Below, in pieces: positions 9,944 through 20,874 of a DNA stretch of 62,683 bases. Both the position numbers and the translations under genes were made by a program. This DNA comes from Dehalococcoidia bacterium (lineage in GTDB: Bacteria > Chloroflexota > Dehalococcoidia > GIF9 > AB-539-J10): assembly GCA_021162245.1 (NCBI GenBank), contig JAGGZD010000018.1, positions 1 through 62,683 on the forward strand. The letters run 5' to 3'. A model generated the notes under the pieces. It was not told where the DNA came from and ran no database searches. It worked only from the letters and a program-made list of their open reading frames with translations. Positions within the stretch are counted from its first letter, which is position 1, and every line of letters begins with the position of its first letter.

Positions 9944-12403
9944 TTAGCTCCCTTGCTTGTGTAAGCTATCTACAGTGGAAATAGAAACAACACTTTCATC
10001 CTCAGCCAGCGCCATCAAATGCACACCTCTGCCATTTCTGCTTTGAACTGATATCTGCTCAATAGGGATACGTTCAACGGTGCCTGCACTCGACAACATT
10101 AGCAAATATCCGTGATTTTTGTCCACAAGCTTGGCTGCTACGATCCTCCCTATTTTGGCACTAGCTCTGTGAGCTTTAATCCCTTTTCCTCCTCTCTGCT
10201 GTACAGAGTAACTCTTAATTGGAGTCAATTTCCCAAACCCTTTTTCCGTTACTGTGAGCATGCATGTATTTTGAGATTCCTCCATTTCACTGGTAATGAC
10301 ATTCATGCCGACAACCCAATCATCATTAGCCAGACGAATGCCGCGAACACCACCACTGGTTCGCGATGCAGCCCTCAGGTCTTTGACTTTGAATCTAATA
10401 GCCTGCCCCCTTTGGCTTACGAGAATCACGTGGTCTGAGTCAGTGGCTATCATTGCCGACGTCAATTCATCTCCTTGCTTGAACCTCATGGAAATAAGCC
10501 CATTTTTCTTAATAGATGAAAACTTATCCAGAGAAGTTTTTTTTATCTCACCAGCTTTAGTCTGCATCAATAAGAACATATTGCTTGTCCACTTTGGCAC
10601 AGCCAGCAATGCAGTTACCTCCTGCTCTAAATCAATGGGCAGCAGATTAACTATCGATATGCCTTTAGTGGTACGGGATGAATCCTCAGGGATATCATAG
10701 CATTTCAGGCAGTAAACCTTGCCGAGCTTGGTGAAAAAAAGCATGTTATCATGTGTATCGGCCACCAAGATACGCTTGGGCAAATCGCCCTCACGTATTA
10801 CCATTCCCCTAACACCTCTTCCCCCACGGCGCTGTAGCTTGTAAGTGCTGACGGGCAATCTCTTAATAAAACCCTGGTTGCTAATTTTAACCGTTACTTT
10901 CTGATGGGGAACAAGATCTTCCCTGCGGAATTCCCTGGCTTCCTCTCTGTTAATCAAAGTACGCCGCTTATCGCCATACTTGGATTTCAGATAATCAACA
11001 TCTTGTTTAACAATGAACAATATCTTCTTAGGGTTAGCTAACAGGTCTTCCAGATAAGAAATATCCTTTACTACGCTAGCATATTCATCAGCTATCTTTT
11101 GCTGTTCCATATGAGCCAACCTGCGAAGAGGCATGTCAAGAATAGCCTGTGCCTGAACTTGCGACAGGCTAAACACCGACATCAAATTGGTGCGAGCGGC
11201 GTCAACTGTCTCAGATTGCCGAATAATTTTGATCACCTGTTCCAGATTATCCATGGCAATCCTGAAACCCTCAAGAATATGAGCTCTGTTTCTTGCCTTC
11301 TCAAGGTCAAATTGAGAACGCCTGGTAATAACCTCACAACGGAAATCAATGTAGCAAGTTAACGCCGTCTTGAGATTAATCAGCCGTGGTTGTCCATTAA
11401 CTAAAGCGACCATGTTAATGAAGAAGGCTGATTGCATGGGAGTATACTTATACAAGTTATTAAGTATCTGTCGAGGTTGACCTATTTTTTTGAGTTCGAT
11501 AACCAGATGCATGCCTTGCCTATCGGATTCATCGCGCACTTCAGCTATTCCTACAAGCTTCTTTGTTTTGATCAAATCAGCGATTCTTTCTACCAGAGCT
11601 GCTTTGTTTACCTGGTAAGGTAGCTCAGTAATAATTATCCGTTTTTTACCCCCTTTAGTGCTTACCTCAGTGGCTTTAGCTCGAATAATAACTTTCCCTC
11701 GTCCTGTAGCATATGCACTCCTTATTCCTTCTTCCCCAAAAATTATGCCTGCCGTAGGGAAATCGGGGCCTTTAACAAAATCCAACAGCTCATCTGTGGT
11801 AGCTTGCGGGTTATCGATTAAGTAGGAGATAGCATCACATATCTCTCCCAAGTTATGTGGAGGGATGTTGGTTGTCATACCTACAGCTATACCTGAGGAA
11901 CCGTTAACCAGTAGATTGGGCAACCTGGCTGGTAGAATAGAAGGTTCTTCAAGGGAATCATCGAAATTAGGAACGAAGGTGACTGTATTTTTATCAATGT
12001 CGACAAGCATCTCTTCGGCGACCTTAGTAAGCCGGGCCTCCGTATATCTCATCGCTGCTGCTGGGTCGTTATCGACGCTACCAAAATTACCCTGCCCATC
12101 GACCAAAACACATCTCAGTGAGAAATCCTGAGCCATACGCACCATAGTTTCATAGATCGAAGCATCACCGTGAGGATGGTATTTACCCATAACTTCACCT
12201 ACAATTCGGGCGCTCTTTTTATGAGGGGTGTTGTGGCGCAACCCCAATCCATCCATGGCGTATAAAATGCGTCGCTGCACTGGCTTTAAACCATCTCGCA
12301 CATCGGGTAGTGCTCGAGCGACGATGACACTCATAGCGTAGTCCAGATAGGAGCTTTTCATCTCCTTTTCAATGTCAATAGGCTTTACTATTCCAATTCC
12401 CAT
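9944..12403 (-). CDS. gyrA: DNA gyrase subunit A
   Basis: 819 aa. [20 protein letters not shown]-like [18 protein letters not shown], catalytic Tyr context [11 protein letters not shown]-terminal beta-pinwheel repeats with QRRGGRG/QQRGGKG. Confidence 0.97.
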   Translation of the reverse strand: MGIGIVKPIDIEKEMKSSYLDYAMSVIVARALPDVRDGLKPVQRRILYAMDGLGLRHNTPHKKSARIVGEVMGKYHPHGDASIYETMVRMAQDFSLRCVLVDGQGNFGSVDNDPAAAMRYTEARLTKVAEEMLVDIDKNTVTFVPNFDDSLEEPSILPARLPNLLVNGSSGIAVGMTTNIPPHNLGEICDAISYLIDNPQATTDELLDFVKGPDFPTAGIIFGEEGIRSAYATGRGKVIIRAKATEVSTKGGKKRIIITELPYQVNKAALVERIADLIKTKKLVGIAEVRDESDRQGMHLVIELKKIGQPRQILNNLYKYTPMQSAFFINMVALVNGQPRLINLKTALTCYIDFRCEVITRRSQFDLEKARNRAHILEGFRIAMDNLEQVIKIIRQSETVDAARTNLMSVFSLSQVQAQAILDMPLRRLAHMEQQKIADEYASVVKDISYLEDLLANPKKILFIVKQDVDYLKSKYGDKRRTLINREEAREFRREDLVPHQKVTVKISNQGFIKRLPVSTYKLQRRGGRGVRGMVIREGDLPKRILVADTHDNMLFFTKLGKVYCLKCYDIPEDSSRTTKGISIVNLLPIDLEQEVTALLAVPKWTSNMFLLMQTKAGEIKKTSLDKFSSIKKNGLISMRFKQGDELTSAMIATDSDHVILVSQRGQAIRFKVKDLRAASRTSGGVRGIRLANDDWVVGMNVITSEMEESQNTCMLTVTEKGFGKLTPIKSYSVQQRGGKGIKAHRASAKIGRIVAAKLVDKNHGYLLMLSSAGTVERIPIEQISVQSRNGRGVHLMALAEDESVVSISTVDSLHKQGS

Positions 12404-12617
12404 TACTTCTCAATCTCCCTTTTATCAGTCCCTTGAAGTGTAGAAAATTCTCCAGCGCAATTTCGTCTTCGCCTGGAGCTAAATTGTGAAACTTAATTAT
12501 ACCAGTTTTGCCTGTCTCAGCGTTTTTATACCTGCCTCGCCTTGTTTCTCTGTTTGTCAATTAAACATCTCTTGCCACTCTAAACAAATAGCGATTGCCA
12601 CCACATACTAGAGAGCA

Positions 12618-13841
12618 TTAAACACTCTCTAGTTCAAAAGCTCTATGTAATACTTGAACAGCATCCTTAACGCTGTCCCTGGAGATGATGCAGGTTATCC
12701 TTATCTCCGACGTGGTAATTAATTGGATATTAATACTTTGCTCGCTAAGGGCATGAAACATCCTGGCAGCATACCCCGGAGTATTTTGCATACCGCTCCC
12801 TATGATGCTGACCTTGGCTAATGTGGAATCAGCCACACATTGCTTGCCTCCTATGGAGTTAGCCACTGGCTCTACTATCGACATCGCCTTATATAAATCA
12901 TCTTGTGTCACTGTAAATGTAAGGTCAGTAATTTTCTCTGTGCTGGCATTCTGGACAATGGTATCTACGCTTATATTTGCCCTGGCCAAAGGTTCAAAGA
13001 TTGTCATAGCGACTCCAGGACGGTCAGGAATACCAACAACGGTGATTTTAGCCACATTGGTGTCATGAGCAATGCCAGTAACCTTATTTTTTACCTCCAT
13101 ATCCATAGAAGCCTCCTTACAAATAATAGTTCCTGGTGTGTCACTAAAGCTAGAAGCCACCAGTATAGGTACATTGTATAGCTCCCCTAATTCCACTGCT
13201 CTAGGGTGTATTACCTTTGCCCCATAGCTGGCCATCTCCAGCATTTCTTCATAGCCGATCCTGTCTAACTTGCTGGTGTGAGGGACAAGACGAGGATCAG
13301 CTGTATAAATTCCTTCAACATCAGTATAAATCTGGCACATATCAGCGCTCAAGCCAGCAGCTAGCGCAACTGCCGTGGTATCGGAGCCACCCCGCCCTAA
13401 GGTAGTAATGTCCATATTAGAAGTGACGCCCTGAAATCCGGCTACAATGACGACATTATCTTTGTTCAATTCACTAATGATACGCTCAGTATTGACGCGA
13501 AGAATGCGGGCTCGGTTATAATTGGAATCAGTGTGGATGCCTGCCTGTGCGCCAGTAAGGCTGACCGCCTTGCAACCCAAATTTCCTAAAGCCATAGCTA
13601 AGAGGGTACTGGAAATTACCTCGCCCGTAGAAAGTAGCACATCAAACTCTCGTTCTTCCGGGTATTCGCTAATCTGTTGTGCCAAATGGATTAATTCGTC
13701 GGTAGTATCTCCCATTGCTGAGACGACGGCCACCACATTATTCCCCTCTGCTTTAGCTTTGGCTATGCGGAGGGCTACATTCTTAATTTTGTCAGCGTCA
13801 GCAACTGAGCTACCACCATACTTTTGGATTATTAATGCCAT
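12618..13841 (-). CDS. lysC: Aspartate kinase with C-terminal ACT domains
   Basis: IIQKYGGSSV start, GRGGSDTTA, C-terminal ACT-like repeats; 407 aa. Confidence 0.92.
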   Translation of the reverse strand: MALIIQKYGGSSVADADKIKNVALRIAKAKAEGNNVVAVVSAMGDTTDELIHLAQQISEYPEEREFDVLLSTGEVISSTLLAMALGNLGCKAVSLTGAQAGIHTDSNYNRARILRVNTERIISELNKDNVVIVAGFQGVTSNMDITTLGRGGSDTTAVALAAGLSADMCQIYTDVEGIYTADPRLVPHTSKLDRIGYEEMLEMASYGAKVIHPRAVELGELYNVPILVASSFSDTPGTIICKEASMDMEVKNKVTGIAHDTNVAKITVVGIPDRPGVAMTIFEPLARANISVDTIVQNASTEKITDLTFTVTQDDLYKAMSIVEPVANSIGGKQCVADSTLAKVSIIGSGMQNTPGYAARMFHALSEQSINIQLITTSEIRITCIISRDSVKDAVQVLHRAFELESV

Positions 13842-13846
13842 AAATT

Positions 13847-15031
13847 TTACACTATTAATTTACCCGCGATATTATATCCCTTTTCAATAAAAAGGTGAGT
13901 GTTTTTAGCCTCAATTTCGGTAAATCTTCTTGCTCCATTGGACACGAATCCTGCCCCCCATAGCATGAATGGAACCGGTTCTGCGACATGAGTTTGAATA
14001 TTAATTGGCGTCCCATGGTCAGGCATAATTAATACCCGGAGGGGATATTCACTCCAGTAGCGAAGCCGGCTTATAATTTCCGTGTCCACCTTACAGATAG
14101 CCTCTATTTTATCATTAATGGAGCCCGCGTGAGCAGCTTCATCAGGTGCTTCTACGTGGGTAACTACCATGTCGTGTGTCTTAAGCGCTTCTAAGCTACC
14201 CTTTGCCTGGGCAGCATAATCATTATCCAGACTGTCAGTCACGCCCTTAATATTTAACACTTTCATTCTCGTCATTAGTGCTAAGCCACGTAGAAGGTCA
14301 ACTCCGGAGCTCAGAGCAGCGTCAAGTCCATAAAGTTGCTTGAAAGCTGGCATAGCAGGTGCTTTATTGCTGCCCCAAAAGAGCCATGTCATCGTAGCTG
14401 GCATATTACCACGAGACCTTCGTGCTACATTTACAGGATGATTATCCAGCACAATTTTCGACCTTGTCATAAGCTCTCTCAAAAAACCACCTCCGGGGCC
14501 GCGAGGAAGAAATTCGTTAACAGGCTTACCCGGGATATCATGTGGCGGCGTGCAGGTGCTTAGAAGTATATCCTTATGCCCTTTTATCTTGCATATGTGC
14601 CTGTAACTAACACCGGGATAAAAATGTACCTCATCGCTGCCGAGGCTTTCATTCAAGGCTGTGATAAGCTCTTGAGCTTCATTGTTGCTGATATGGTCAG
14701 AACTGTAACTACACATTTTCCCATCACGAACAGCAACTAAATTGCAGCGGAAAGTGATTTCTCCATCTTCAATAGGGATACCCATGCTGATAGCTTCGAT
14801 AGCACTCCTGCCCCTATAATAGACCTTCGGGTCATAACCCAAAATTGACATACAGGCACAAGCACTGCTGGGCTCCATCCCCTCAGGGACAGTTCGCACT
14901 AACCCCATAACGCTTTCCTTTGACATAGCGTCCAGATTGGGAGTATATGCTAGTTCAAGGCAGGTTTTTTTGTCACGTTGAGTCAGCGGCCAGCCTGCTG
15001 CACCGTCGATTATTAGCACATAATACTTCAT
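13847..15031 (-). CDS. apgM: Cofactor-independent phosphoglycerate mutase family, archaeal ApgM type (subgroup proposed as an alternative homoserine kinase)
   Basis: 394 aa. MKYYVLIIDGAAGWP start, metalloenzyme-superfamily motifs (HVEAPDEAAHAG, MPDHGTP). 5 nt upstream of lysC. Confidence 0.78.
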   Translation of the reverse strand: MKYYVLIIDGAAGWPLTQRDKKTCLELAYTPNLDAMSKESVMGLVRTVPEGMEPSSACACMSILGYDPKVYYRGRSAIEAISMGIPIEDGEITFRCNLVAVRDGKMCSYSSDHISNNEAQELITALNESLGSDEVHFYPGVSYRHICKIKGHKDILLSTCTPPHDIPGKPVNEFLPRGPGGGFLRELMTRSKIVLDNHPVNVARRSRGNMPATMTWLFWGSNKAPAMPAFKQLYGLDAALSSGVDLLRGLALMTRMKVLNIKGVTDSLDNDYAAQAKGSLEALKTHDMVVTHVEAPDEAAHAGSINDKIEAICKVDTEIISRLRYWSEYPLRVLIMPDHGTPINIQTHVAEPVPFMLWGAGFVSNGARRFTEIEAKNTHLFIEKGYNIAGKLIV

Positions 15032-15073
15032 TCTTGTGTTACGTAATTAAAGCACTTATAATAGCTTTCAGCA

Positions 15074-15147
15074 ACGGGGCGTAGCGCAGCCTGGTAGCGC
15101 GCAGCGTTCGGGACGCTGAGGTCGGAGGTTCGAACCCTCTCGCCCCG
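15074..15147 (+). tRNA. tRNA-Pro (CGG), no CCA encoded
   Basis: CGGGGCG acceptor, D-arm GCGC-AGCCTGGTA-GCGC, anticodon arm CAGCG-TTCGGGA-CGCTG, T-arm GGAGG-TTCGAAC-CCTCT; 74 nt. Confidence 0.92.
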
Positions 15148-15379
15148 ATTTATATTTTCACGAAAGTTAATGGCGTTGATTAACTGTCACCTGGCTTCCT
15201 TAGCTCGTCGGGAGTGCCTAGGGAGTGGAATTATCGGGTCATGGTAAATTTTAATTCATCAGGTAAAAGGGATGAATCTGCAGGAAAACCAAAGTTGCTC
15301 AGGGAGTGTTTTCATTGGTAGCCTTAATGGGAATGTGCTCTTCCAGACAAGAATAACATTGCTTAGAGCTACAGGGGTG

Positions 15380-15409
15380 TTGACAAGATTTCAATTTTGT
15401 AGTAACAAT
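15380..15409 (+). promoter_or_regulatory. Candidate sigma70-type promoter for the small zinc-ribbon gene
   Basis: TTGACA (15380-15385), 17-nt spacer, TAACAA(T) (15403-15409). Confidence 0.5.
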
Positions 15410-15440
15410 TAAATTAGAGATGAAAAAAAGGAGGTTATCA

Positions 15441-15584
15441 TGGCGACAGCTTATTGCATGAAATGCAGGAAGAAGATAGAAATAAGGAACGCACAACAAA
15501 TCACACTCAAGAATGGTAGACCAGCAACACAAGGTGTCTGCCCCATCTGCGGGACGAAAGTATTCAGGATAGGGAAGGCATAGA
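15441..15584 (+). CDS. Small zinc-ribbon protein, 47 aa (DUF5679-like); absent from the supplied ORF track
   Basis: ATG preceded by AAAGGAGG 5 nt upstream. Translation MATAYCMKCRKKIEIRNAQQITLKNGRPATQGVCPICGTKVFRIGKA has two CxxC pairs. Confidence 0.7.
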
Positions 15585-15752
15585 TATTTCAAATTACTTA
15601 CTAAACGCATTTAACTTTAACAAGTAATTTAGATGTCAATAGCAGAATAGTTTCAGGCACTTTGAGCTTGGGGAGTTGCTTAGAATAAAAGCAGGCAGCG
15701 TTTTATGTTTTTGGCTCTTTGAGTAACAGCTCCGCATGAAAAGATTAACGGA

Positions 15753-16769
15753 GTGGGGTTGTTGCGGAGGTGCGGAATAGAACCTTCATATCTTGCGTTG
15801 TATCGCAGTGGTGAACTTGAACACAGAGCCAAAACGCTGGAAATGCGGTTGGCATCCTGTGATATTTGTCCTCGGGAGTGCCATGTAAACCGTCTGAAGG
15901 ACGAGTATGGGTTCTGTCAATCTGGATATCTGCCTATAGTCTCTTCAGTTTGTGACCACCATGGTGAAGAGCCCGTTATCTCAGGCACTAAAGGATCTGG
16001 AACTATCTTTTTTGCTAATTGCAACATGAGGTGCTCTTACTGTCAAAACTACCAGATTAGCCAGGATCCGGAGCACCAGGCATCTAATGCAATGAGCTTC
16101 CATGCTTTGGCTGAGCATATGATATATCTCCAGGATAAGCTAGGTTGCCACAACATTAATTTTGTTTCACCCTCCCATTTTGTGCCTCAACTTGTCTGGG
16201 CCGTCCTGGAAGCAGTGCCCATGGGGCTCAGGGTGCCCATAGTTTATAACAGCAACGCCTACGACTCCGTAGAATCTCTGCAATCGCTGGATGGGATTGT
16301 GGATATTTACTTACCAGATTTGAAATATGCCTTTGATGGTTGGGCAGATAAATTCTCCCTTACCAGTGATTATGTGCCGCTGGCTCGCCAGGCTATCATA
16401 GAAATGCATCGACAGGTAGGAGACAACTTAATACTGGATGACTTTGGTTTAGCTCAAAGAGGGTTAATTATACGCCATCTTATACTTCCTAATGGACTGG
16501 CTGGTAGTCGAGATTCACTTACCTGGCTGGTTCGGGAGGTTTCCCCCAGAGTTATAGTGAGCATCATGTCTCAATATTGCCCCGTACACCTGGCTCACCA
16601 GATACCAGAGCTGCGACGCAAGATTTCTGGCTCAGAGTATTCGGAAGTTCTTGAATTACTTGATGAATTAGGATTAGAAAATGGCTGGCTCCAGAAGTTG
16701 AATGCAGTAGAAAATTATTTGCCACATTTTGAACGTGATGGTCACCCTTTCTCATTAGAAAAACTATGA
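15753..16769 (+). CDS. Radical SAM protein (PflX-like activating-enzyme family)
   Basis: CX3CX2C cluster motif CNMRCSYCQN and an upstream Cys-rich CDICPRECHVNR region. GTG start is uncertain. Confidence 0.8.
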   Translation: MGLLRRCGIEPSYLALYRSGELEHRAKTLEMRLASCDICPRECHVNRLKDEYGFCQSGYLPIVSSVCDHHGEEPVISGTKGSGTIFFANCNMRCSYCQNYQISQDPEHQASNAMSFHALAEHMIYLQDKLGCHNINFVSPSHFVPQLVWAVLEAVPMGLRVPIVYNSNAYDSVESLQSLDGIVDIYLPDLKYAFDGWADKFSLTSDYVPLARQAIIEMHRQVGDNLILDDFGLAQRGLIIRHLILPNGLAGSRDSLTWLVREVSPRVIVSIMSQYCPVHLAHQIPELRRKISGSEYSEVLELLDELGLENGWLQKLNAVENYLPHFERDGHPFSLEKL

Positions 16770-17053
16770 ATTTATGTTATGCCCTGTACTTATGCCCCAG
16801 GCGTGCGGTTCATCTTAAATAATCCAATTCGTGTTATTGACTTACATCATAGCGTAAATGATATACTATCCCCTTTGAAGACTCTTATCTCGAGTGGGCA
16901 GGCATCTAAAACTAAATAAATGAGGGCATCTTTAATCGTTACAGTTAGCGCTTTTGTGCACCACCAGTTTTTAGCAACATCCTTCTTGGCAACGGCGGGA
17001 GCAGATATCGATGTTTCTCATAGGGTAACGATAAGTAAGGATAATTTCAGGTT

Positions 17054-18061
17054 ATGAGGAAGCCTTATAAGTTCGCAGCAGGATTTTTAATGCTTCTTGT
17101 GATAGCGCTTGGGGCAAGTGCCTGCTCAGCAAAGGCTCCGGAGCTTGAGAAATTCGAGGATACTCGTTCCCTTATGGACACCTATGTCACTATCGCTGTT
17201 TACGCAGATGAGGATAGCGCAGGAGAGGCTATGGATGCGGCGTTTGCTCGAATGGGGGAAGTGGAGAAAGTAGCCTCGATTTTCGACCAGGAAAGCGAGG
17301 CGTTCAAATTTAATCAGAATGGCTACCTAGACGAGCCATCCAATGACCTCTTCAAGTTAATAATTACATCTTTGTATTATAGTAAATTAACAGGTGGATA
17401 TTTCGACATAACAGTTCAACCACTACTGGACCTGTGGAAAGAAGGCTTGTGGAAAGAGAGCCCTGAATCTCAGCAGAGCAAGATAGAGGAGACAATGAAG
17501 ATTGTTGGCTGGGATAAAATAAATGTCGAAGGCGACAAAATCTACTTAGACGCGGACGGGATGGAGATAACTCTTGGTGGGATTGCCAAGGGATACGCGG
17601 TAGATGAGGCGATAAAAATCCTCAGGAGCATGGGTATCGAATATGCTTTAGTGAATGCTGGCGGGGACATGAGTACGATAAGCTCCAGGGCAGACGGGAA
17701 ACCCTGGAGCGTTGCTCTGGAAAATCCAGACGATACTAGCCAGTGTCTGGCAACCTTTGAGATTTCAGATAAATCAATAGCCACATCGGGAAATTATGAA
17801 CGGTATTTTAACCCGGAGAAGACTGCTCATCACATAATCGACCCTAAGACAGGCTACTCGGCAAACGAATGTATTAGCGCCACGATAGTAGGCGAAAATT
17901 GCATGCAGGTTGATGCCCTGGCGACTGCAGTTTTTGTGATGGGCCCTGAAAAGGGTATCGGGTTAATCGAATCATTACCCGATGTGGAGTGTTTTATAAT
18001 AGATGCTGAAAGGACAACATATTCCTCCTCTGGATTGTCCAGATACTTGTACAAGGAATGA
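17054..18061 (+). CDS. apbE: FAD:protein FMN transferase ApbE, lipoprotein
   Basis: Lipobox ALGASAC after a hydrophobic signal; MDTYVTI, GGIAKGYAVD, ATSGNYERYF and HIIDPKTG motifs. Confidence 0.9.
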   Translation: MRKPYKFAAGFLMLLVIALGASACSAKAPELEKFEDTRSLMDTYVTIAVYADEDSAGEAMDAAFARMGEVEKVASIFDQESEAFKFNQNGYLDEPSNDLFKLIITSLYYSKLTGGYFDITVQPLLDLWKEGLWKESPESQQSKIEETMKIVGWDKINVEGDKIYLDADGMEITLGGIAKGYAVDEAIKILRSMGIEYALVNAGGDMSTISSRADGKPWSVALENPDDTSQCLATFEISDKSIATSGNYERYFNPEKTAHHIIDPKTGYSANECISATIVGENCMQVDALATAVFVMGPEKGIGLIESLPDVECFIIDAERTTYSSSGLSRYLYKE

Positions 18062-18070
18062 TTAAATAAA

Positions 18071-19399
18071 GTGAATTTTAAGCTCAACTGGCGGGGAACG
18101 TCTTATGGAGTTAAACTGCCTGAGGCTAAACTTACGGCTGTAAGTCCGATTGAACGTGCTCCATTGCCTGAAAAGGTGATTATCACTCTGCATCAAAATA
18201 TAGGAGCGCCATGTAAACCGCTGGTCAAGAGAGGGGATAAAGTACTGACCGGCCAGAAAATAGGTGATTCGGAAAAGTTTGTCAGTGCTCCTGTCCATGC
18301 CACAATAAGCGGCGAAATATCCGGTACCACTATGCTTGTACACCCTGCGACAGGGCAGCTAGTGGAGGCTCTAATTATTAGCTCTGATGGAACGGACGAA
18401 TGGGTAGTCCCCGAAGCTAAAGATGCCATAGATACGCTCTCGGTGGAAGAAATTCTGAAAAGGATAAGGGAGGCAGGTATAGTGGGCCTTGGTGGCGCTG
18501 CTTTCCCAACCCAGGTTAAATTGTCGCCCCCCAAAGATAAGAGGATAGATACGGTCATTCTGAATGGTTGTGAGTGCGAGCCGTATATAACCTCGGACCA
18601 TAGAGTGATGCTCGAGTATGGCAGAGAAGTGCTCTCGGGGCTGAATATTATAAGAAAGGTGCTTTCTCCCGATAATATGTACATTGCCATAGAGGATAAT
18701 AAACAAGATGCTATAGAGCACGTACGGAAGTTGCTGGCTTCAATGAAGCTTGATAGGAATTGCAAGATAGTTACCCTGAAATCGAAATACCCCATGGGGG
18801 CGGAGAAAACCCTTATACAAAATATACTGGCAAGAGAAGTCCCCATTGGTGGGTTGCCTATGGATGTTGGCGTGGTTGTTCACAATGTAAGCACAGCCAG
18901 GGCAATTCATGACGCTGTCTCTGAAAGAAAGCCTTTTATCGAGAGAGTGGTAACCGTCACTGGCGCGGTCAAAGAGCCGAAAAATCTCTTAGTGAGGTTA
19001 GGCACTCCCTTGAGAGACCTGATAGAGAATTGTGGTGGCATAGATGGGGAAGCCAACGAGATTATCCTTGGTGGACCTATGATGGGCATTTCCCAGTTCG
19101 ACCTTGGTTTCCCGGTGATTAAAGGGACGAATTGTATTCTGCTAAAGAAAAGTATGCAGAGCAAAGAGGGGGATTGCATAAGCTGCGGAAGATGTCTGGA
19201 TGCTTGCCCCATGAGTCTCATGCCTACTATGCTGGTTAAATACGCAAAGGCTGGCAGGTACGATGCTTGTAAAGAAGCCTATATCGCTGATTGTTTCGAG
19301 TGTGGAGCTTGTGCATATGCATGCCCTGCAAATATACCGATAGTGCAATATATAAAGATAGCTAAGAGCGAGCTTATTAAGAGAGCAGCAAAGAAATGA
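18071..19399 (+). CDS. rnfC: Rnf complex subunit C
   Basis: 442 aa. GIVGLGGAAFPT, LNGCECEPY, two 4Fe-4S motifs CISCGRCLDACP and CFECGACAYACP. Confidence 0.93.
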   Translation: MNFKLNWRGTSYGVKLPEAKLTAVSPIERAPLPEKVIITLHQNIGAPCKPLVKRGDKVLTGQKIGDSEKFVSAPVHATISGEISGTTMLVHPATGQLVEALIISSDGTDEWVVPEAKDAIDTLSVEEILKRIREAGIVGLGGAAFPTQVKLSPPKDKRIDTVILNGCECEPYITSDHRVMLEYGREVLSGLNIIRKVLSPDNMYIAIEDNKQDAIEHVRKLLASMKLDRNCKIVTLKSKYPMGAEKTLIQNILAREVPIGGLPMDVGVVVHNVSTARAIHDAVSERKPFIERVVTVTGAVKEPKNLLVRLGTPLRDLIENCGGIDGEANEIILGGPMMGISQFDLGFPVIKGTNCILLKKSMQSKEGDCISCGRCLDACPMSLMPTMLVKYAKAGRYDACKEAYIADCFECGACAYACPANIPIVQYIKIAKSELIKRAAKK

Positions 19400-20343
19400 C
19401 AGGAGACAAGAGGATTTTAATCTCACCCGGCCCACATTTGTGGAGTGGGCTCTCCGTGAGTAAGATAATGTATCTTGTGACACTTGCCCTCATATTACCG
19501 AGTGGGGCGGGGGTGTATTTCTTTGGTTATCGTGCCTTGCTGGTTATGGTTACGAGCGTTGCTACTGCAGTGTTAACAGAATATGTGAGCAAAAAATTAA
19601 GGAAAAGGGCGTTCGTTATGGACTGGAGCGCTGTTGTCACCGGGCTTCTTTTAGCTTTAACTATTTCCCCGACGGTGCCTTTATGGATGGTGGTAATAGG
19701 CTCCGCCTTCTCTATTGGAATTGTTAAAGAGGCATTTGGCGGACTGGGGCACAACATATTTAACCCGGCGCTTGGTGGCAGGGCTTTTATGGCAACGTGC
19801 TTCCCCGCAGAGATGACGACATGGGTACTACCTGCTGGCTTTGTCGCCGACGCCGTAACCTGTGCTACTCCGCTGAACGAGAGTTTTGCCTTCCCTGCGG
19901 ATAAGCTCTCCCTGTACAAAGCATTATTTATGGGCAATGTCGGTGGCTCTATCGGGGAGACATCGACTCTCCTCATACTAATCGGCGGATTGTTACTTCT
20001 GGTACTCGGCATAATAAACTGGAGAATTCCCCTGGCTTACATAGGAACTGTTGCGCTGCTCACTTTTGCATTGGGGCAGGACGCCATTTTCCATATCCTC
20101 GCTGGTGGCCTTATGCTGGGGGCTTTCTTTATGGCAACGGATTATGTAACCTCTCCTATAACTAATAAGGGGAGGATAATATTTGGCGTTGGTGCTGGCG
20201 TATTAACGGTGGTGATAAGGCTTTTTGGTGGCATGCCTGAGGGAGTTTGCTTTTCCATCCTTTTCATGAATGCCCTCACTCCACTTATAGACAGGTATAT
20301 TAAAGTGAGACCGTACGGGCTTAAGAAAGCGGGTGAGAAGTGA
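19396..20343 (+). CDS. rnfD: Rnf complex subunit D (polytopic membrane protein)
   Basis: 315 aa, multi-TM, NqrB/RnfD-like FNPALGGRAF and ATPL segment; 4-nt overlap with rnfC. Confidence 0.92.
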   Translation: MTGDKRILISPGPHLWSGLSVSKIMYLVTLALILPSGAGVYFFGYRALLVMVTSVATAVLTEYVSKKLRKRAFVMDWSAVVTGLLLALTISPTVPLWMVVIGSAFSIGIVKEAFGGLGHNIFNPALGGRAFMATCFPAEMTTWVLPAGFVADAVTCATPLNESFAFPADKLSLYKALFMGNVGGSIGETSTLLILIGGLLLLVLGIINWRIPLAYIGTVALLTFALGQDAIFHILAGGLMLGAFFMATDYVTSPITNKGRIIFGVGAGVLTVVIRLFGGMPEGVCFSILFMNALTPLIDRYIKVRPYGLKKAGEK

Positions 20344-20873
20344 AGACTACTTTGAAGAAAATTTTCCCTGTAATTTTCGTTACAGTAGTTGTATTTATGG
20401 CGGTAGCTTTACTTAGCTGGACGAATAGCATTACAAGGGACAAAATTGAATTTCAGGAAGAACAGCAAATACAAAGCATGCTCGGAGAAATGTTCCCCGA
20501 TATGAGCCGATATGCTTTTGAAGACGATATATACACGATATACTCTGATGAAGCTCAGCTTGGATATGCCTTCCTTGCACTGGGCAAAGGATATGGAGGA
20601 AGTATTAATATCCTGGTTGGGCTCGAAAATGAAACAACCATAAAGGGGATATCCATAATCTCGCAGACCGAGACCCCCGGGCTGGGCGCCAGGATAAGTG
20701 CGAGTTCGTTCGTGGGCGAATTTGCAGGCTTGAGTATCAGCGATGTTGCCCTGAGGCAGGATGGCGGGCAAATAGATGCCATCACCGGGGCGACCATAAG
20801 TTCCGGAGCGGTTGTTGATGCAGTCAAAGCCACAGCGGTGGAAAGAGTTAAATCCCTGCAGGAGAAGGAGTGA
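20340..20873 (+). CDS. rnfG: Rnf complex subunit G (FMN-binding)
   Basis: N-terminal TM, SQTETPGLG, flavinylation motif DAITGATISS. Confidence 0.9.
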   Translation: MKTTLKKIFPVIFVTVVVFMAVALLSWTNSITRDKIEFQEEQQIQSMLGEMFPDMSRYAFEDDIYTIYSDEAQLGYAFLALGKGYGGSINILVGLENETTIKGISIISQTETPGLGARISASSFVGEFAGLSISDVALRQDGGQIDAITGATISSGAVVDAVKATAVERVKSLQEKE

Positions 20874-20874
20874 A

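Noticed and set aside
12608-12632. Palindrome CTAGAGAG-N9-CTCTCTAG overlapping the lysC stop codon
   Set aside because: No U-tract follows on the transcribed strand and the loop is long, so it is not convincing as an intrinsic terminator.
13842-15073. Looked for a lysine/threonine riboswitch or leader upstream of lysC
   Set aside because: lysC starts 5 nt after the ApgM-like gene, and that gene has only about 40 nt before the divergent tRNA-Pro. There is no room for a riboswitch.
15299-15610. 103-aa minus-strand ORF from the ORF track
   Set aside because: It is antisense to the 47-aa zinc-ribbon ORF, which has a consensus promoter and a strong Shine-Dalgarno sequence. The minus ORF has neither, and its Cys/Leu-rich translation has no recognisable motif.
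20812-20874. N-terminal extension of rnfE overlapping rnfG by 62 nt
   Set aside because: The GTG at 20875, just after the rnfG stop and a GGAG-rich Shine-Dalgarno sequence, gives a typical RnfE N-terminus.
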